A DNA stretch of 58,548 nt from the NCBI GenBank assembly GCA_964421985.1, contig CAYQZE010000010.1:1-58548 (forward strand), given 5' to 3'. Under the pieces are notes generated by a model. That model searched no databases. It saw only the letters and a list, made by a program, of their open reading frames with translations, and was not told where the DNA came from. This document shows positions 1 through 9,967 of the stretch, piece by piece. The stretch comes from an uncultured Dehalococcoidia bacterium. GTDB taxonomy: Bacteria > Chloroflexota > Dehalococcoidia > DSTF01 > JACRBR01. Numbering within the stretch: the first letter of the stretch is position 1; every line of letters begins with the position of its first letter. A program made the translations under genes and the position numbers.

Positions 1-483
<483 letters not shown>

Positions 484-603
484 GTCTGTCGTTGCCCCAA
501 GTCTGTCGCGAAAGGAGATGTCTCTGATCGAAAAGACCCGCAGCGACTTGCCAGTCGCCGGGCCTTCGAGTCGCGGTCACCGAGGGCGTCCCGCATCGCC
601 TAT

Positions 604-612
604 ATTCTACCA
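604..612 (-). promoter_or_regulatory. Putative extended -10 (TGgTAGAAT) for gyrB
   Basis: Minus strand reads ...aatgTGgTAGAATatagg, about 120 bp upstream of the gyrB start. Confidence 0.4.
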
Positions 613-862
613 CATTTGGGCCTGATTCGAAGCTGATTTCTGGCCTTGCCCGCCCCGTCCCGCGCGTCTTGAACGGAGCCGGAAGCTGACCCCGCGGAGG
701 CGGGGCCACGGCGCCCGCTGCCGATCCGTGCCCACGCGCGGTCACGGCGCGCCGTGACCCTACGATTGGCAGTGAGAGGTCGTGCCGCGCTGCCAGCGGG
801 TGGGCACGGGCGCCGAAGCACGGCCGCTTCTATCATGTGTGCGCACGAAAGGGGCGTACCTC

Positions 863-2074
863 ATGCATATCGCACCGGACGAAGCAGGCTTCTCGCCGGA
901 GCGCCTCGAGCGCATCACGGCTCACCTCGAACGCAGCTACATCGCGCCGGGAAAGATCGCCGGCTGCCAGGCACTCGTCGCGCGCCACGGGCACGTCGCC
1001 TACTTCCGCTCGCTGGGCAACATGGACCGCGAGCGCGCCCGGCCGATGGCGGACGACACGATCTTCCGCGTCTACTCGATGACGAAACCGATCACGTCCG
1101 TAGCGCTGATGACGCTCTTCGAGGACGGACACTTTCAGCTCAACGATCCGGTGCACAAGTTCATCCCGGAGTGGCGCGACCACCGCGTTTGGGTCTCGGG
1201 CGAGGGCGACGCGATGGAGACGCGCGAGCCGGCGCGGCCGATGACCATGCGTCACGTCCTGAGCCATACCGGCGGCCTGACCTACGGCATGACGCGCCAC
1301 CCCGTCGACCGTGCCTACCGCGCCCAGGGGATCAACCGTCAGCCCGGCGAGACGCTGCGCTCGTTCGTCGAGAAGCTGGCGTGCGTGCCGCTCCGTTACG
1401 ACCCCGGCGACCGCTGGATGTACTCCTTCTCCACCGACGTCTGCGCTTACCTCGTCGAGGCGATCTCCGGCAAGCGCTTCGACGCGTACTTGCAGGAGAG
1501 GATCTTCGGCCCGCTGGGCATGTGTGACACGGCGTTCACCGTCACCCGCGAGAACGCGCACCGTCTCGCAGCCAACTACCAGCGTCAGCCCGACAAGACC
1601 ATCGGGCTGTTCGACGACCCGGAGCGCAGTACGTACCTCAAGCAACCAACGTTCCTCTCGGGCGGCGGCGGGCTCGTCAGCACGATGGCCGACTACCTGC
1701 GCTTCTGCGAGATGCTGCGCGGCGGCGGCGAACTCGACGGCGCGCGCATCCTCGGCAAGCGCACGATCGAGCTGATGACCCAGAACCACCTCTCCGGCAA
1801 CCGCACGCTGACGGACATGGCGATCGGCGCCTTCTCGGAGACGGCGTACGAAGGCATCGGCTTCGGCCTCGGCTTCGCGACGACGCTGAGCGAAGTCGCC
1901 TCGGGCTCGCTGGGGCAGGGCGATTTCTACTGGGGCGGTGCCGCCTCGACGATCTTCTCGGTCGATCCGAGGGAAGACCTCGTGATCATCTTCATGACGC
2001 AGTTGATGCCGTCGGCCACCTTCAACTTCCGCGGCCAGCTCAAGAACATCGTGTATTCATCGATCGTGGAGTGA
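863..2074 (+). CDS. Serine hydrolase, beta-lactamase class C/EstB-like family
   Basis: SxxK motif (YSMTK), LRYDPGDRWMYS, GGGGLVST, FYWGG. Start placed at ATG 863. Confidence 0.9.
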   Translation: MHIAPDEAGFSPERLERITAHLERSYIAPGKIAGCQALVARHGHVAYFRSLGNMDRERARPMADDTIFRVYSMTKPITSVALMTLFEDGHFQLNDPVHKFIPEWRDHRVWVSGEGDAMETREPARPMTMRHVLSHTGGLTYGMTRHPVDRAYRAQGINRQPGETLRSFVEKLACVPLRYDPGDRWMYSFSTDVCAYLVEAISGKRFDAYLQERIFGPLGMCDTAFTVTRENAHRLAANYQRQPDKTIGLFDDPERSTYLKQPTFLSGGGGLVSTMADYLRFCEMLRGGGELDGARILGKRTIELMTQNHLSGNRTLTDMAIGAFSETAYEGIGFGLGFATTLSEVASGSLGQGDFYWGGAASTIFSVDPREDLVIIFMTQLMPSATFNFRGQLKNIVYSSIVE

Positions 2075-2248
2075 CCTGCGTGCCGCGGGGCGGTACCCGT
2101 GCGCCCGACCGGCGTGCGGGATCGCCGCGGTCGCCGACCTGCGTATGCCTGCCACTTTCCTTCCGGCTCCGCGTCCCGGCGCCCGCGATGCGCCCACTGG
2201 ACATAACCGCTAGCCATCCGCTGCGCCGCCTCCTATACTCGTGGCCTG

Positions 2249-3349
2249 ATGGACGAAGTAGAACGTAAGTACTGGATCGCCTTCGCGCGTGTATCGCGCG
2301 TCGGCCGTGCGCGGGTGCACCAGCTCGAAGAGCACTTCGGCAAACTGGAAGAGGCCTGGCGCGCCACCCCCGGCGCGCTGAAGGCGGCCGGCCTCGACTC
2401 GGGCGCCATCAACGCCATCGCCGCCGCGCGCGAGAAGGTCGACCCCGATGCCGAGGTGGAGCTGCTGGCGCGCCACGGCGTCCACGCGGTTACCTGGCAC
2501 GACGACGAGTATCCGAAGCGCCTGCGCGAGATCTTCGACCGGCCGCCGGTGCTCTTCGCGCGCGGCAGCATGACCGCCGCCGACGAGTGGGGTCTCGCGG
2601 TGGTCGGTACGCGGCGCGTTACGGTGTATGGCCGCCAGGTCGCCGAGGAGATGGCGCGCGGCCTCGCGGCGAACCGCATCACCGTCGTCAGCGGCCTCGC
2701 CCGCGGCGTCGACGCCGTCGCACACCGCGCCGCGCTCGAGGCCGGCGGGCGGACGATCGCCGTCCAGGCTTGCGGTCTCGACATGGTCTATCCCCCCGAG
2801 CACAAGCGGCTCTCCGAAGAGATCGCCGAGCGGGGCGCCGTCGTCAGCGACTACCCGCTCGGCACGCAGCCGCGCAGCGAGTTCTTCCCGCGGCGCAACC
2901 GTATCCTCAGCGGCATGTCGCTGGGCGTCCTGGTCGTCGAAGGTGACGTGAAGAGCGGAGCGCTCATCACCGCTCGGCAGGCGCTCGAACAGAACCGCGA
3001 AGTGTTCGCCGTGCCGGGCAGCATCTATTCTCCGAACTCGCGCGGCACGAATAAGCTGATCCAGGACGGCGAGGCGAAGCTGACGCTGACGGTCGAGGAC
3101 GTGCTCGCCGAACTTAACCTCAGCATGGCGGCGCATCAGATCGAGATGACGGAGCTGCTGCCCGCCGACGAGACGGAGACCGTGCTGCTGCGTCACCTGA
3201 CGGCGCAGCCCGCGCATATCGACGAGGTGCGGCGCGAGTGCGGGTTGCCGATCGCCACCGTGACCGGCGCGCTCGCGATGCTCGAACTGAAGGGGCTCGT
3301 CCGGCAGGTCGGCCGCATGAACTACGTCCGGACCGCCGCCCGCGCATGA
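2249..3349 (+). CDS. dprA: DNA processing protein DprA (Smf)
   Basis: AVVGTRR, SGLARGVD, FFPRRNRILSG, EGDVKSGALITA, C-terminal winged helix (LELKGLV). Confidence 0.96.
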   Translation: MDEVERKYWIAFARVSRVGRARVHQLEEHFGKLEEAWRATPGALKAAGLDSGAINAIAAAREKVDPDAEVELLARHGVHAVTWHDDEYPKRLREIFDRPPVLFARGSMTAADEWGLAVVGTRRVTVYGRQVAEEMARGLAANRITVVSGLARGVDAVAHRAALEAGGRTIAVQACGLDMVYPPEHKRLSEEIAERGAVVSDYPLGTQPRSEFFPRRNRILSGMSLGVLVVEGDVKSGALITARQALEQNREVFAVPGSIYSPNSRGTNKLIQDGEAKLTLTVEDVLAELNLSMAAHQIEMTELLPADETETVLLRHLTAQPAHIDEVRRECGLPIATVTGALAMLELKGLVRQVGRMNYVRTAARA

Positions 3350-4104
3350 ATCTCGGCCCGGTTGCGCCCGAGGCGCGCTCGATCGTCGACAAGGCGGCGA
3401 CGGTGTACATCCATCACACGGGGCGAAGCTTCGTCGGGCTCATCCTGCATGGGTCCGCGCTGAAGGGCGGGTTCATTGCCGGTTGCAGCGATATCGACCT
3501 GCAACTGTACGTCATGCCGGACGCCCTCGATCCTGGGGGCCATCTCCCGTTCGAGCTGACGGTGGCGATCCACCGCGACCTCGCGCGCATCGATCCAGCG
3601 CCGTTTCGCTACATCCAGTGCTACGCGTTTTCCACCGAGATGCGCGAGGGCTGGGTCGGTCCGGTGCCCGGCGCGTATCACGTCGTCGCCGGCCGCCTCC
3701 CGATCGCGGAGGCGACTGCCGACCAGCTCCGCGAAGGCGCGCGACGCTCGCTCGAATCGCTCGACCCAGCGTTGCGGTTTCTCACCGACGGTCTGCTCGA
3801 CCACGGCGGCGGCCGTCTGGCTAACCGGGTTCGCCTGCTCTGTACCGATGTCTGGCCCGCGCTTTATCATTTGCTGATCGGCCGCGGCGCGGACCCGATC
3901 GTCATGTGGAGCCTGACCAAGCAAGAGGCTATTGAGCGCATGCCGCCCGGCACAACTGCTGGCGATGCCATTCGAGCCTTCTACGCAGCGTTGCTGCTGT
4001 ACTATCCGGCCGAAGACTCCGTGAACGCGGCGCTCGACGTGCTCGTCCTTGGCGTCACGTTCCTGCGAGCAGCGAAAGCCGATTGGGACGTAGCACGCCC
4101 CTGA
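3346..4104 (+). CDS. Pol-beta-type nucleotidyltransferase domain protein
   Basis: hGS-x9-DxD motif (LHGSALKGGFIAGCSDIDL) followed by a helical C-terminal half; ATGA overlap with the dprA stop. Confidence 0.7.
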   Translation: MNLGPVAPEARSIVDKAATVYIHHTGRSFVGLILHGSALKGGFIAGCSDIDLQLYVMPDALDPGGHLPFELTVAIHRDLARIDPAPFRYIQCYAFSTEMREGWVGPVPGAYHVVAGRLPIAEATADQLREGARRSLESLDPALRFLTDGLLDHGGGRLANRVRLLCTDVWPALYHLLIGRGADPIVMWSLTKQEAIERMPPGTTAGDAIRAFYAALLLYYPAEDSVNAALDVLVLGVTFLRAAKADWDVARP

Positions 4105-4151
4105 CTGTGCTGCCGCCTCACCGTCATCAGCAACACGGGCAGCCGTACTGA

Positions 4152-4544
4152 CTACGGCACGAACCGCCCGCCGGTGAACAGCGTGCGCTCATCGGCGAAA
4201 CAGATGGGGTTGCCGAACGGATCGCGGGCGTAGAAGCAGCGCTCTCCCCACGGCCGCGTCGCGATAGCCGCCTCCAGCCAGGCGCACTCTGCCGATTTCG
4301 CGCGCTCGAACAGTGCCTCGAGGTCGTCAACGGCGAAGTGGACGTGGTCCGGGTTCGGGCGGAACTCCGCACCTCGATTGTCACCGCGCGGATCGACGCA
4401 GGCGAGGATCACGCCGCCGCAGTCGAAGTAGTGCCGCTGGCCAGACACGCGCTCGCCGGGCGATCCGAAGATCGCCGCGTAGAATGCGGCCGCCCGGTCA
4501 ATGTCCGAAACGGGCACGATGACGCGGTACAGTCGGGCCGTCAT
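4152..4544 (-). CDS. VOC/glyoxalase family protein
   Basis: VSDIDRAAAFY, HVHFAVDDLE, RPWGERCFYARDPFGN. Confidence 0.9.
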   Translation of the reverse strand: MTARLYRVIVPVSDIDRAAAFYAAIFGSPGERVSGQRHYFDCGGVILACVDPRGDNRGAEFRPNPDHVHFAVDDLEALFERAKSAECAWLEAAIATRPWGERCFYARDPFGNPICFADERTLFTGGRFVP

Positions 4545-4551
4545 GCGCACC

Positions 4552-5286
4552 TCATCCCGTCGACAGTTCTTCCTCGGCGAACCGTCGTTCCTCCTCAGTC
4601 AGCGTTGCCTTCGCGAGCAGATCCGGCCGGCGCCGGGCCGTGCGCAGGATGCTCTGGCGGCGCCGCCACTTAGCGATCTCGGCGTGGTGGCCGGAGAGCA
4701 GCACCTCCGGGATCGCCATACCACGGTACTCCGCGGGGCGGGTGTACTGCGGGTACTCCAGCAGCCCCTGCGCGTGCGATTCCTCCTCGAGTGATAGCTC
4801 CGACCCCAACACGCCCGGCTGGTGGCGCGCCACCGCATCGACGAGCACGATCGCCGCGGGCTCGCCGCCCGAGAGCACGTAATCGCCGATGCTGACCTCG
4901 TCATCGACGAGCGCCTCACGCACGCGCTCGTCAACCCCTTCGTAGTGACCGCAGATGAGGATCAGGCGTGCTTCCGCCGCCAGCTCCGAAACGATGTCGT
5001 GGTTCAGCAGCCGCCCCTGCGGTGTCAGCAGTACCACCGTGCCGGCCGCGCTTGCCATGGGCCGCACCGCGTCCACGCAGGCGAAGATGGGGTCGGGCTT
5101 CATCACCATCCCCGGTCCGCCGCCGTACGCATAGTCGTCGACGATGTGGTGCTTGTCGGACGTGTAGTCACGCGGATTATGCAGGACGATCTCCAGCACG
5201 CCGGCGTCGCGCCCGCGCGCGATCATGCTCGCGTCGAAAGGGTCGCCGAACATCTCCGGGAACAAGGTGATGATGTCTATCCGCAT
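4552..5286 (-). CDS. trmD: tRNA (guanine-N1)-methyltransferase
   Basis: [59 protein letters not shown]. Confidence 0.98.
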   Translation of the reverse strand: MRIDIITLFPEMFGDPFDASMIARGRDAGVLEIVLHNPRDYTSDKHHIVDDYAYGGGPGMVMKPDPIFACVDAVRPMASAAGTVVLLTPQGRLLNHDIVSELAAEARLILICGHYEGVDERVREALVDDEVSIGDYVLSGGEPAAIVLVDAVARHQPGVLGSELSLEEESHAQGLLEYPQYTRPAEYRGMAIPEVLLSGHHAEIAKWRRRQSILRTARRRPDLLAKATLTEEERRFAEEELSTG

Positions 5287-5326
5287 GGGGGCAGCCTATC
5301 CGGTACGGAGTGACGGCTGTAGCAGG

Positions 5327-5576
5327 CTACGGCCCGAATAGGTCGCCGGCCAGTTGCTCGCGGTCGATGTCCAGGTAGACCGCGACGTCAGCCACGATCT
5401 TCGCGAGGGTTCCAATTCTCACGCTCGAATGAAGCGGAATCGTAAGGTGATGCGTTGAACCCCTGGCCGTAGAAGCGAGCCTGAGATGGCTCCCCGTCTG
5501 CCGGACCGTCTCATGGCTATACCGGCCGAGCATCTTGGCAAGCTCCGAGCCGGAGATGTCCTCTCGAGAGCCTCAA
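5327..5576 (-). pseudogene. hicA: HicA-family toxin with a single extra base near the 5' end (or an N-truncated 68-aa product from ATG 5533)
   Basis: TTG AGG CTC TCG AGA [G] GAC ATC TCC GGC gives MRLSR-DISGSELAKMLGRY...RQTGSHLRL...HHLTIPLH...GTLAKI, a HicA-like sequence. Span is 250 nt (249+1). Confidence 0.75.
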
Positions 5577-5785
5577 ACAGCGATCACCTCGTCGCGCACG
5601 AGGTGCAACCGTATGACCTTCGGACGGTCGGCATCATCGAGGTGACAACGCACGGCGTCGCGAACCATGGCTCGCAGTTCCGCCAGCGAGTCCGCCTCCG
5701 TGAAGATGGAATAACCGAGCGCGTGCGCCTCGAAGCCGCCTTCGGGCGATTCCTCGACGGCGAAGACGATCTCCGTTTGCGTCAT
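5573..5785 (-). CDS. HicB-like antitoxin (short RNase H-like fold, no DNA-binding domain)
   Basis: EIVFAVEESPEGGFEAHALGYSIFTEADSLAELRAMVRDAVRCH; strong SD GGAGGGAG; its stop overlaps the toxin TTG. Confidence 0.75.
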   Translation of the reverse strand: MTQTEIVFAVEESPEGGFEAHALGYSIFTEADSLAELRAMVRDAVRCHLDDADRPKVIRLHLVRDEVIAV

Positions 5786-5843
5786 CTCAAACTCCCTCCG
5801 CTAGGGAGTATATCGTGGTTCCGCTGGCATCCTGCGACATTTA

Positions 5844-6371
5844 TCACCCTCGCCCCGCCATCCAATCGCGCAGCGCGGCGACCGTCGTGTCGAACGCCAG
5901 CGCCGCCCACGGGATGTCGTCGGGTGCATACCATGCGACCGCCAGCGACTCGGCGTCGGCCACGTACGCCGCGTCGTTCGCGCTGGTCCCGCGGTACACG
6001 ACCATGACGATGCCGACCTCCGGACGGGTGTACACGCCCAGCAGCTGCCCCAGCGTCACGTCCAACCCAACTTCTTCCTTCGCTTCGCGGGCGGCGCCCA
6101 CGTCCGGTGACTCGCCCATCTCCAGGAACCCGCCGGGAAACGTCCAGCCACCCCGCCCGGGCTCCATCGCCCGCTGCTGGAGCAGCACTCGTCCGTTGTG
6201 TTCGACGATTACGGCGGCGATGACGCGCGGGTTCATGTAGTGGATGAAGCCGCACGACTCGCACTGATAGCGGCGGCGGCCGTCGTCTTCGACCAAGCGG
6301 TCGGTGATACTTCCTCCGCAGTCCTGGCAATAGTGAGGCGTTGACAAACGTTCAGGCGACACGGTTGACAT
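5844..6371 (-). CDS. NUDIX hydrolase with N-terminal zinc ribbon
   Basis: YCQDCGG...CESCG zinc ribbon; Nudix box GGFLEMGESPDVGAAREAKEEVG. Confidence 0.92.
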   Translation of the reverse strand: MSTVSPERLSTPHYCQDCGGSITDRLVEDDGRRRYQCESCGFIHYMNPRVIAAVIVEHNGRVLLQQRAMEPGRGGWTFPGGFLEMGESPDVGAAREAKEEVGLDVTLGQLLGVYTRPEVGIVMVVYRGTSANDAAYVADAESLAVAWYAPDDIPWAALAFDTTVAALRDWMAGRG

Positions 6372-6407
6372 CTCCGCGCATGAAGCTCATCTACGTCTGT
6401 GGATCGC

Positions 6408-6437
6408 TTGACGGCGAACGAGCAACTGCCCTATGCT
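6408..6437 (+). promoter_or_regulatory. Putative sigma70 promoter TTGACG-N18-TATGCT
   Basis: Hexamers at 6408-6413 and 6432-6437, upstream of the zinc-ribbon gene. Confidence 0.5.
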
Positions 6438-6517
6438 CTGCCTCATCCCGTGGTCCGGACGGGGGCATCCGGCCTGTGTCCGCGGGCATCATCGCCGGTC
6501 TCAAGGAGGGTAGGACG

Positions 6518-6811
6518 GTGGCACTTGAGGACAAGTCTTTGACATGTCGCGACTGCGCGGGGACGTTCACGTTCACGGCCGGCGAGCAAGGGTTCTATCT
6601 CGAGAAAGGGCTGCTGAATGAGCCGCAGCGCTGCAGTACCTGCCGGGTGAATCGGCGGCGGGATCGCACCTCTGGCGGCGGCCGTGAGATGACCACCGTG
6701 TCCTGCGCGAGCTGCGGCGAGAGCGCGACCGTACCGTTCGTGCCGCGTCTGGACCGGCCTGTGTACTGCACAGCCTGCTTCGAGCAGGAGCGCGCCGTCG
6801 TCACACGCTGA
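6518..6811 (+). CDS. Zinc-ribbon protein (zf-trcl plus CxxC-x17-CxxC type)
   Basis: DKSLTCRDCAGTFTFTAGEQGFYLEKGLLNEPQRCSTCR...SCASCG...VPFVPRLDRPVYCTACF; AAGGAGG upstream of GTG 6518. Confidence 0.9.
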   Translation: MALEDKSLTCRDCAGTFTFTAGEQGFYLEKGLLNEPQRCSTCRVNRRRDRTSGGGREMTTVSCASCGESATVPFVPRLDRPVYCTACFEQERAVVTR

Positions 6812-6888
6812 GGCGGGCCACCGGCTAAGCCGTGGTGCTCGCAGGTGAGCGTGGCCATGTCGCAGCCTCCCGCCGACGCCGGACGGCA

Positions 6889-7332
6889 TCAGCAGCCTCC
6901 CGCGCCCGTCGCCTCGGAGCCGGGGACGTGCCCTTCGATCCACTGCTCGCCGCCTTCCCAGACTTCCTTCTTCCATATCGGCACGACCTGCTTGATCCGG
7001 TCGACGGCGAAGTGACACGCCTCGAATGCGGCCACGCGGTGCGCGGACGAGACGGCGACGAGCAGGCTCGTCTCGCCGATCTCCAGTCGGCCGACGCGGT
7101 GCAATGCGCCGATGCCGGTGATCGGGTAGCGGGCCCGCACCTCGTCGGCCACCTCGCGCATCTTCCTGATCGCCATCTCGGGGTAGACGTCGTATTCGAG
7201 GTACAGCACGCTGCGCCCCATGTTCTCGTTGCGCACGACGCCATAGAACAGCGCCACGGCGCCGCTTTCGTCTCTGCGTACCGCTTCGACAAGCGGCACC
7301 GGGTCGAGCGGCTCGCGCGTGATCACGAACAT
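6889..7332 (-). CDS. moaE: Molybdopterin synthase catalytic subunit
   Basis: GAVALFYGVVR, LEYDVYPEMA, HRVGRLEIGE, AVSSAHR, PIWKKE; own SD GGAGG 7 nt upstream of ATG 7332. Confidence 0.96.
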   Translation of the reverse strand: MFVITREPLDPVPLVEAVRRDESGAVALFYGVVRNENMGRSVLYLEYDVYPEMAIRKMREVADEVRARYPITGIGALHRVGRLEIGETSLLVAVSSAHRVAAFEACHFAVDRIKQVVPIWKKEVWEGGEQWIEGHVPGSEATGAGGC

Positions 7333-7640
7333 CGGCCGCCCTCCGTGCCGGGCGCGGGTCCGGCCGGCCGCTGCGCGCCCGCGGGGGCATCGCGGCCGCC
7401 GCTGACGGGCGGGATAAGCGCCACATGGTCGCCGTCGCGGAGGGCGTGGCCGGGCTCGACGTACTCTTCGTCGATGGCGCAGACGAGCGTGGTTAGCAGC
7501 TCGTTCACGACCGGATACTGCTCGCCCAGCCGGTCGCAGAGCAGCACGACCGTCGCACCCTCCGGCAGCTGCATCTCCAGATCCCGCTGCCCGATCAGCT
7601 GGTGCAGCCCGGCGTACAGTCGTACGCTCACCGTTATCAT
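7323..7640 (-). CDS. moaD: MoaD/ThiS sulfur carrier with a 23-aa extension after the Gly-Gly
   Basis: VSVRLYAGL...AIDEEYV...LRDGDHVALIPPVSGG followed by RDAPAGAQRPAGPAPGTEGGRCS. Confidence 0.9.
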   Translation of the reverse strand: MITVSVRLYAGLHQLIGQRDLEMQLPEGATVVLLCDRLGEQYPVVNELLTTLVCAIDEEYVEPGHALRDGDHVALIPPVSGGRDAPAGAQRPAGPAPGTEGGRCS

Positions 7641-7809
7641 CCAGACGCACCCATCGGAGCGGCGACCATGCGGGCACAGCTGCGCCGCAGAGACGCGTGG
7701 CCCGCAGCCGGGGTGAGGTGTTCGATCGTGCGCAATGTCCATCATTGTACCGGCAGGCTGGACATGCGCGGTTCCAGTCCGCGGAGGGCTGGCGTATACT
7801 CGCGGCACG

Positions 7810-8499
7810 ATGGTGAGCCTGCTCGAGCGCACATCCCGCGCCGCCCTCGACCTGCTGTTCCCGCCGCGCTGCGCCCTGTGCCGTGCGGGCGGCTCGATGC
7901 TCTGTGACGCCTGCGTCGCCGCTTTGCCGCCGGCCGATGGTGTTCGCTGTCCTCGCTGCTGGACGCCGAGCACGGGCCTGTGCGCGCATTGCGGCTCCCG
8001 ACCGGTGATCGCATTCACGGCGATCCGTGCGCCGTTCGTCATGGAAGAAGGCGCCCGGGATCTCGTGCATCAGCTCAAGTATGGCGGCATGTCGGCGTTG
8101 GGCGGGCCTATGGGCGCACTGATGTCCGCCGGCCTTGCAAGTGATTGCGATCTCGTCGTGGCGGTGCCGCTGCATCGCGGGCGGCAGCGCTCCCGTGGTT
8201 ACAACCAGGCGGCATTGCTCGCCGGCGGTGCGGCGCTTCCTGCTGGCCTGCCCGTAGACGGCAACGCTGTCGCGCGCGTCCGCTCCACCAAGCCGTTGGC
8301 GCGCAGCATGCATCGCGCCGAACGGCGGGCGATCGTAGAAGGCGCGTTCGCGGCGCGTCCTGAGCGCGTTGATGGGCGCCGCATCGTCCTCATCGACGAC
8401 GTGGCAACGACCGGGGCGACGCTCGATGCCTGCGCTACGGCGCTGCTCGCCGCGGGCGCCGCGGGCGTCCGCTGCGTCGCGTTCGCCCGCGCCGGCTGA
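7810..8499 (+). CDS. comF: ComF family protein (double zinc ribbon plus PRTase domain)
   Basis: LDLLFPPRCALC...CPRC...CAHC, VPLH...RGYNQA, LIDDVATTGATL. Confidence 0.93.
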   Translation: MVSLLERTSRAALDLLFPPRCALCRAGGSMLCDACVAALPPADGVRCPRCWTPSTGLCAHCGSRPVIAFTAIRAPFVMEEGARDLVHQLKYGGMSALGGPMGALMSAGLASDCDLVVAVPLHRGRQRSRGYNQAALLAGGAALPAGLPVDGNAVARVRSTKPLARSMHRAERRAIVEGAFAARPERVDGRRIVLIDDVATTGATLDACATALLAAGAAGVRCVAFARAG

Positions 8500-8568
8500 T
8501 CGACGCTAACCCGGTGCGGGCGTATAGTGCCCGCACGGCGGGGCTACGGCGCGAGCACGGAGCGGACC

Positions 8569-9918
8569 ATGCTGGGTGAGCAAGAACTGCGGCGCATCGC
8601 CGAGACGGTGCTCCGAGCGAGCAGGGCCGATCAGACCGAGGTGGAGGTCTTCGCCAACGACTCCGCCCTGACGCGGTTCGCCAACAACTACATCCACCAG
8701 AACGTCGAACAGTCCGATGTCGATGTGCGTGTCCGCGCCGTCATCGGTCAGAAGATCGGCGTTGCGTCCACGAACGAGACATCGCCCGAAGCGCTCGCCC
8801 GCGTCGCTGGACGCGCGCTCGAACTGGCGCAGCATCAGCGCGACAATGAGGACTTCCGGTCGCTGCCGCGGCCGGCGCCGATTACTCCCGTCGTCAGTTA
8901 TGCGGAGGAGACGGCGCGTTGCGGGCCCGAGGAGCGGGCTGCCGTCGTGGGCGAGGTCTGTGAGGCCTCATCCCGCGCCGGGCTGATCGCGGCTGGCGCC
9001 TTCCATACCACCGCGCAAGAGCTGGCCATCGCCAACTCGCTGGGCGTCTTCGCGTTACACCGCGAGACACAGGCGGACATCAACACCGTCGTGATGTCGG
9101 AGACGTCCAGCGGCTACGCGGCACGCGTGAGCATGAGTGTCGCCGACATTGACGGCGAGGCAGTCGCACGCGAGGCGGTCGACAGAGCGCTCCGCGGCGT
9201 CAATCCCGTCGCCGCGGAACCCGGCGAGTATGAGGTGATCCTCGAGCCCTACGCCGTCGTCGACCTGCTCGACTTCTTCTCGTACCTGTCGTTCGGCGCC
9301 CTGCCCTACAGCGAGAAGCGGAGCTTCATGGCCGGGCGCCTGGGCGAGAAGGTGATGGGAGACAACATCAGCATCTGGGACGATGCGCTCTCGCCTCACG
9401 GCATTCCCTCGCCGTTCGACTACGAAGGCGTGCCGCGCGAGCGCGTAGCTCTTATCGATGGGGGCGTCGCAAGAGGCGTGGTCTGGGACAGCTACCTGGC
9501 GGGCAAGATCGGTGGCGACGCCCGGTCGACGGGTCACGCGCTGCCCGCCGGCGTGACGTTCGGCCCCATCCCGCTCAACATGTTCATGGCGCCCGGCGAG
9601 GCTACGATCGACGAGATGATCCGCGGCACGAAGCGCGGCATCTGGGTGAGCCGCTTCTGGTACACGCGCTCCGTCCACCCGCTGAACGTGATCGTCACCG
9701 GAATGACGCGGGACGGCACGTTCCTGATCGAGGATGGCAAGGTCGTCGGGCCGGTGCGCAGCATGCGCTTCACGCAGGGCTACGTCGAGGCACTCAATGC
9801 CGTCGATAGCGTCGGGCGAGAGCCGATGCTGGTCCTGGGCGATATCGGCGGTGGCGTGCGCAGCGTGCCGGCGCTCAAGCTCGGGAAGTGGACGTTCACC
9901 GGCGTCAGCGAGCCATGA
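8569..9918 (+). CDS. TldD/PmbA family protein, PmbA/TldE-like
   Basis: LTRFANNYIHQN, PFDYEGVP, STGHA, TGMTRDGTFLIEDGK; no HExxxH motif seen. Confidence 0.9.
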   Translation: MLGEQELRRIAETVLRASRADQTEVEVFANDSALTRFANNYIHQNVEQSDVDVRVRAVIGQKIGVASTNETSPEALARVAGRALELAQHQRDNEDFRSLPRPAPITPVVSYAEETARCGPEERAAVVGEVCEASSRAGLIAAGAFHTTAQELAIANSLGVFALHRETQADINTVVMSETSSGYAARVSMSVADIDGEAVAREAVDRALRGVNPVAAEPGEYEVILEPYAVVDLLDFFSYLSFGALPYSEKRSFMAGRLGEKVMGDNISIWDDALSPHGIPSPFDYEGVPRERVALIDGGVARGVVWDSYLAGKIGGDARSTGHALPAGVTFGPIPLNMFMAPGEATIDEMIRGTKRGIWVSRFWYTRSVHPLNVIVTGMTRDGTFLIEDGKVVGPVRSMRFTQGYVEALNAVDSVGREPMLVLGDIGGGVRSVPALKLGKWTFTGVSEP

Positions 9919-9967
9919 TCCTCGGCCGGGCCTACACTGTCGCCGGGAGCCTGGAGCGCGGCTATCG

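Noticed and set aside
6452-6470. GGTCCGGACGGGGGCA resembling SRP RNA helix 8
   Set aside because: Lacks the GNRA loop and the CAGG/AGCA internal loop.
6889-8313. 474-aa ORF ending in MoaE
   Set aside because: The upstream part overlaps moaD and antisense comF and looks non-coding; moaE has its own SD and ATG.
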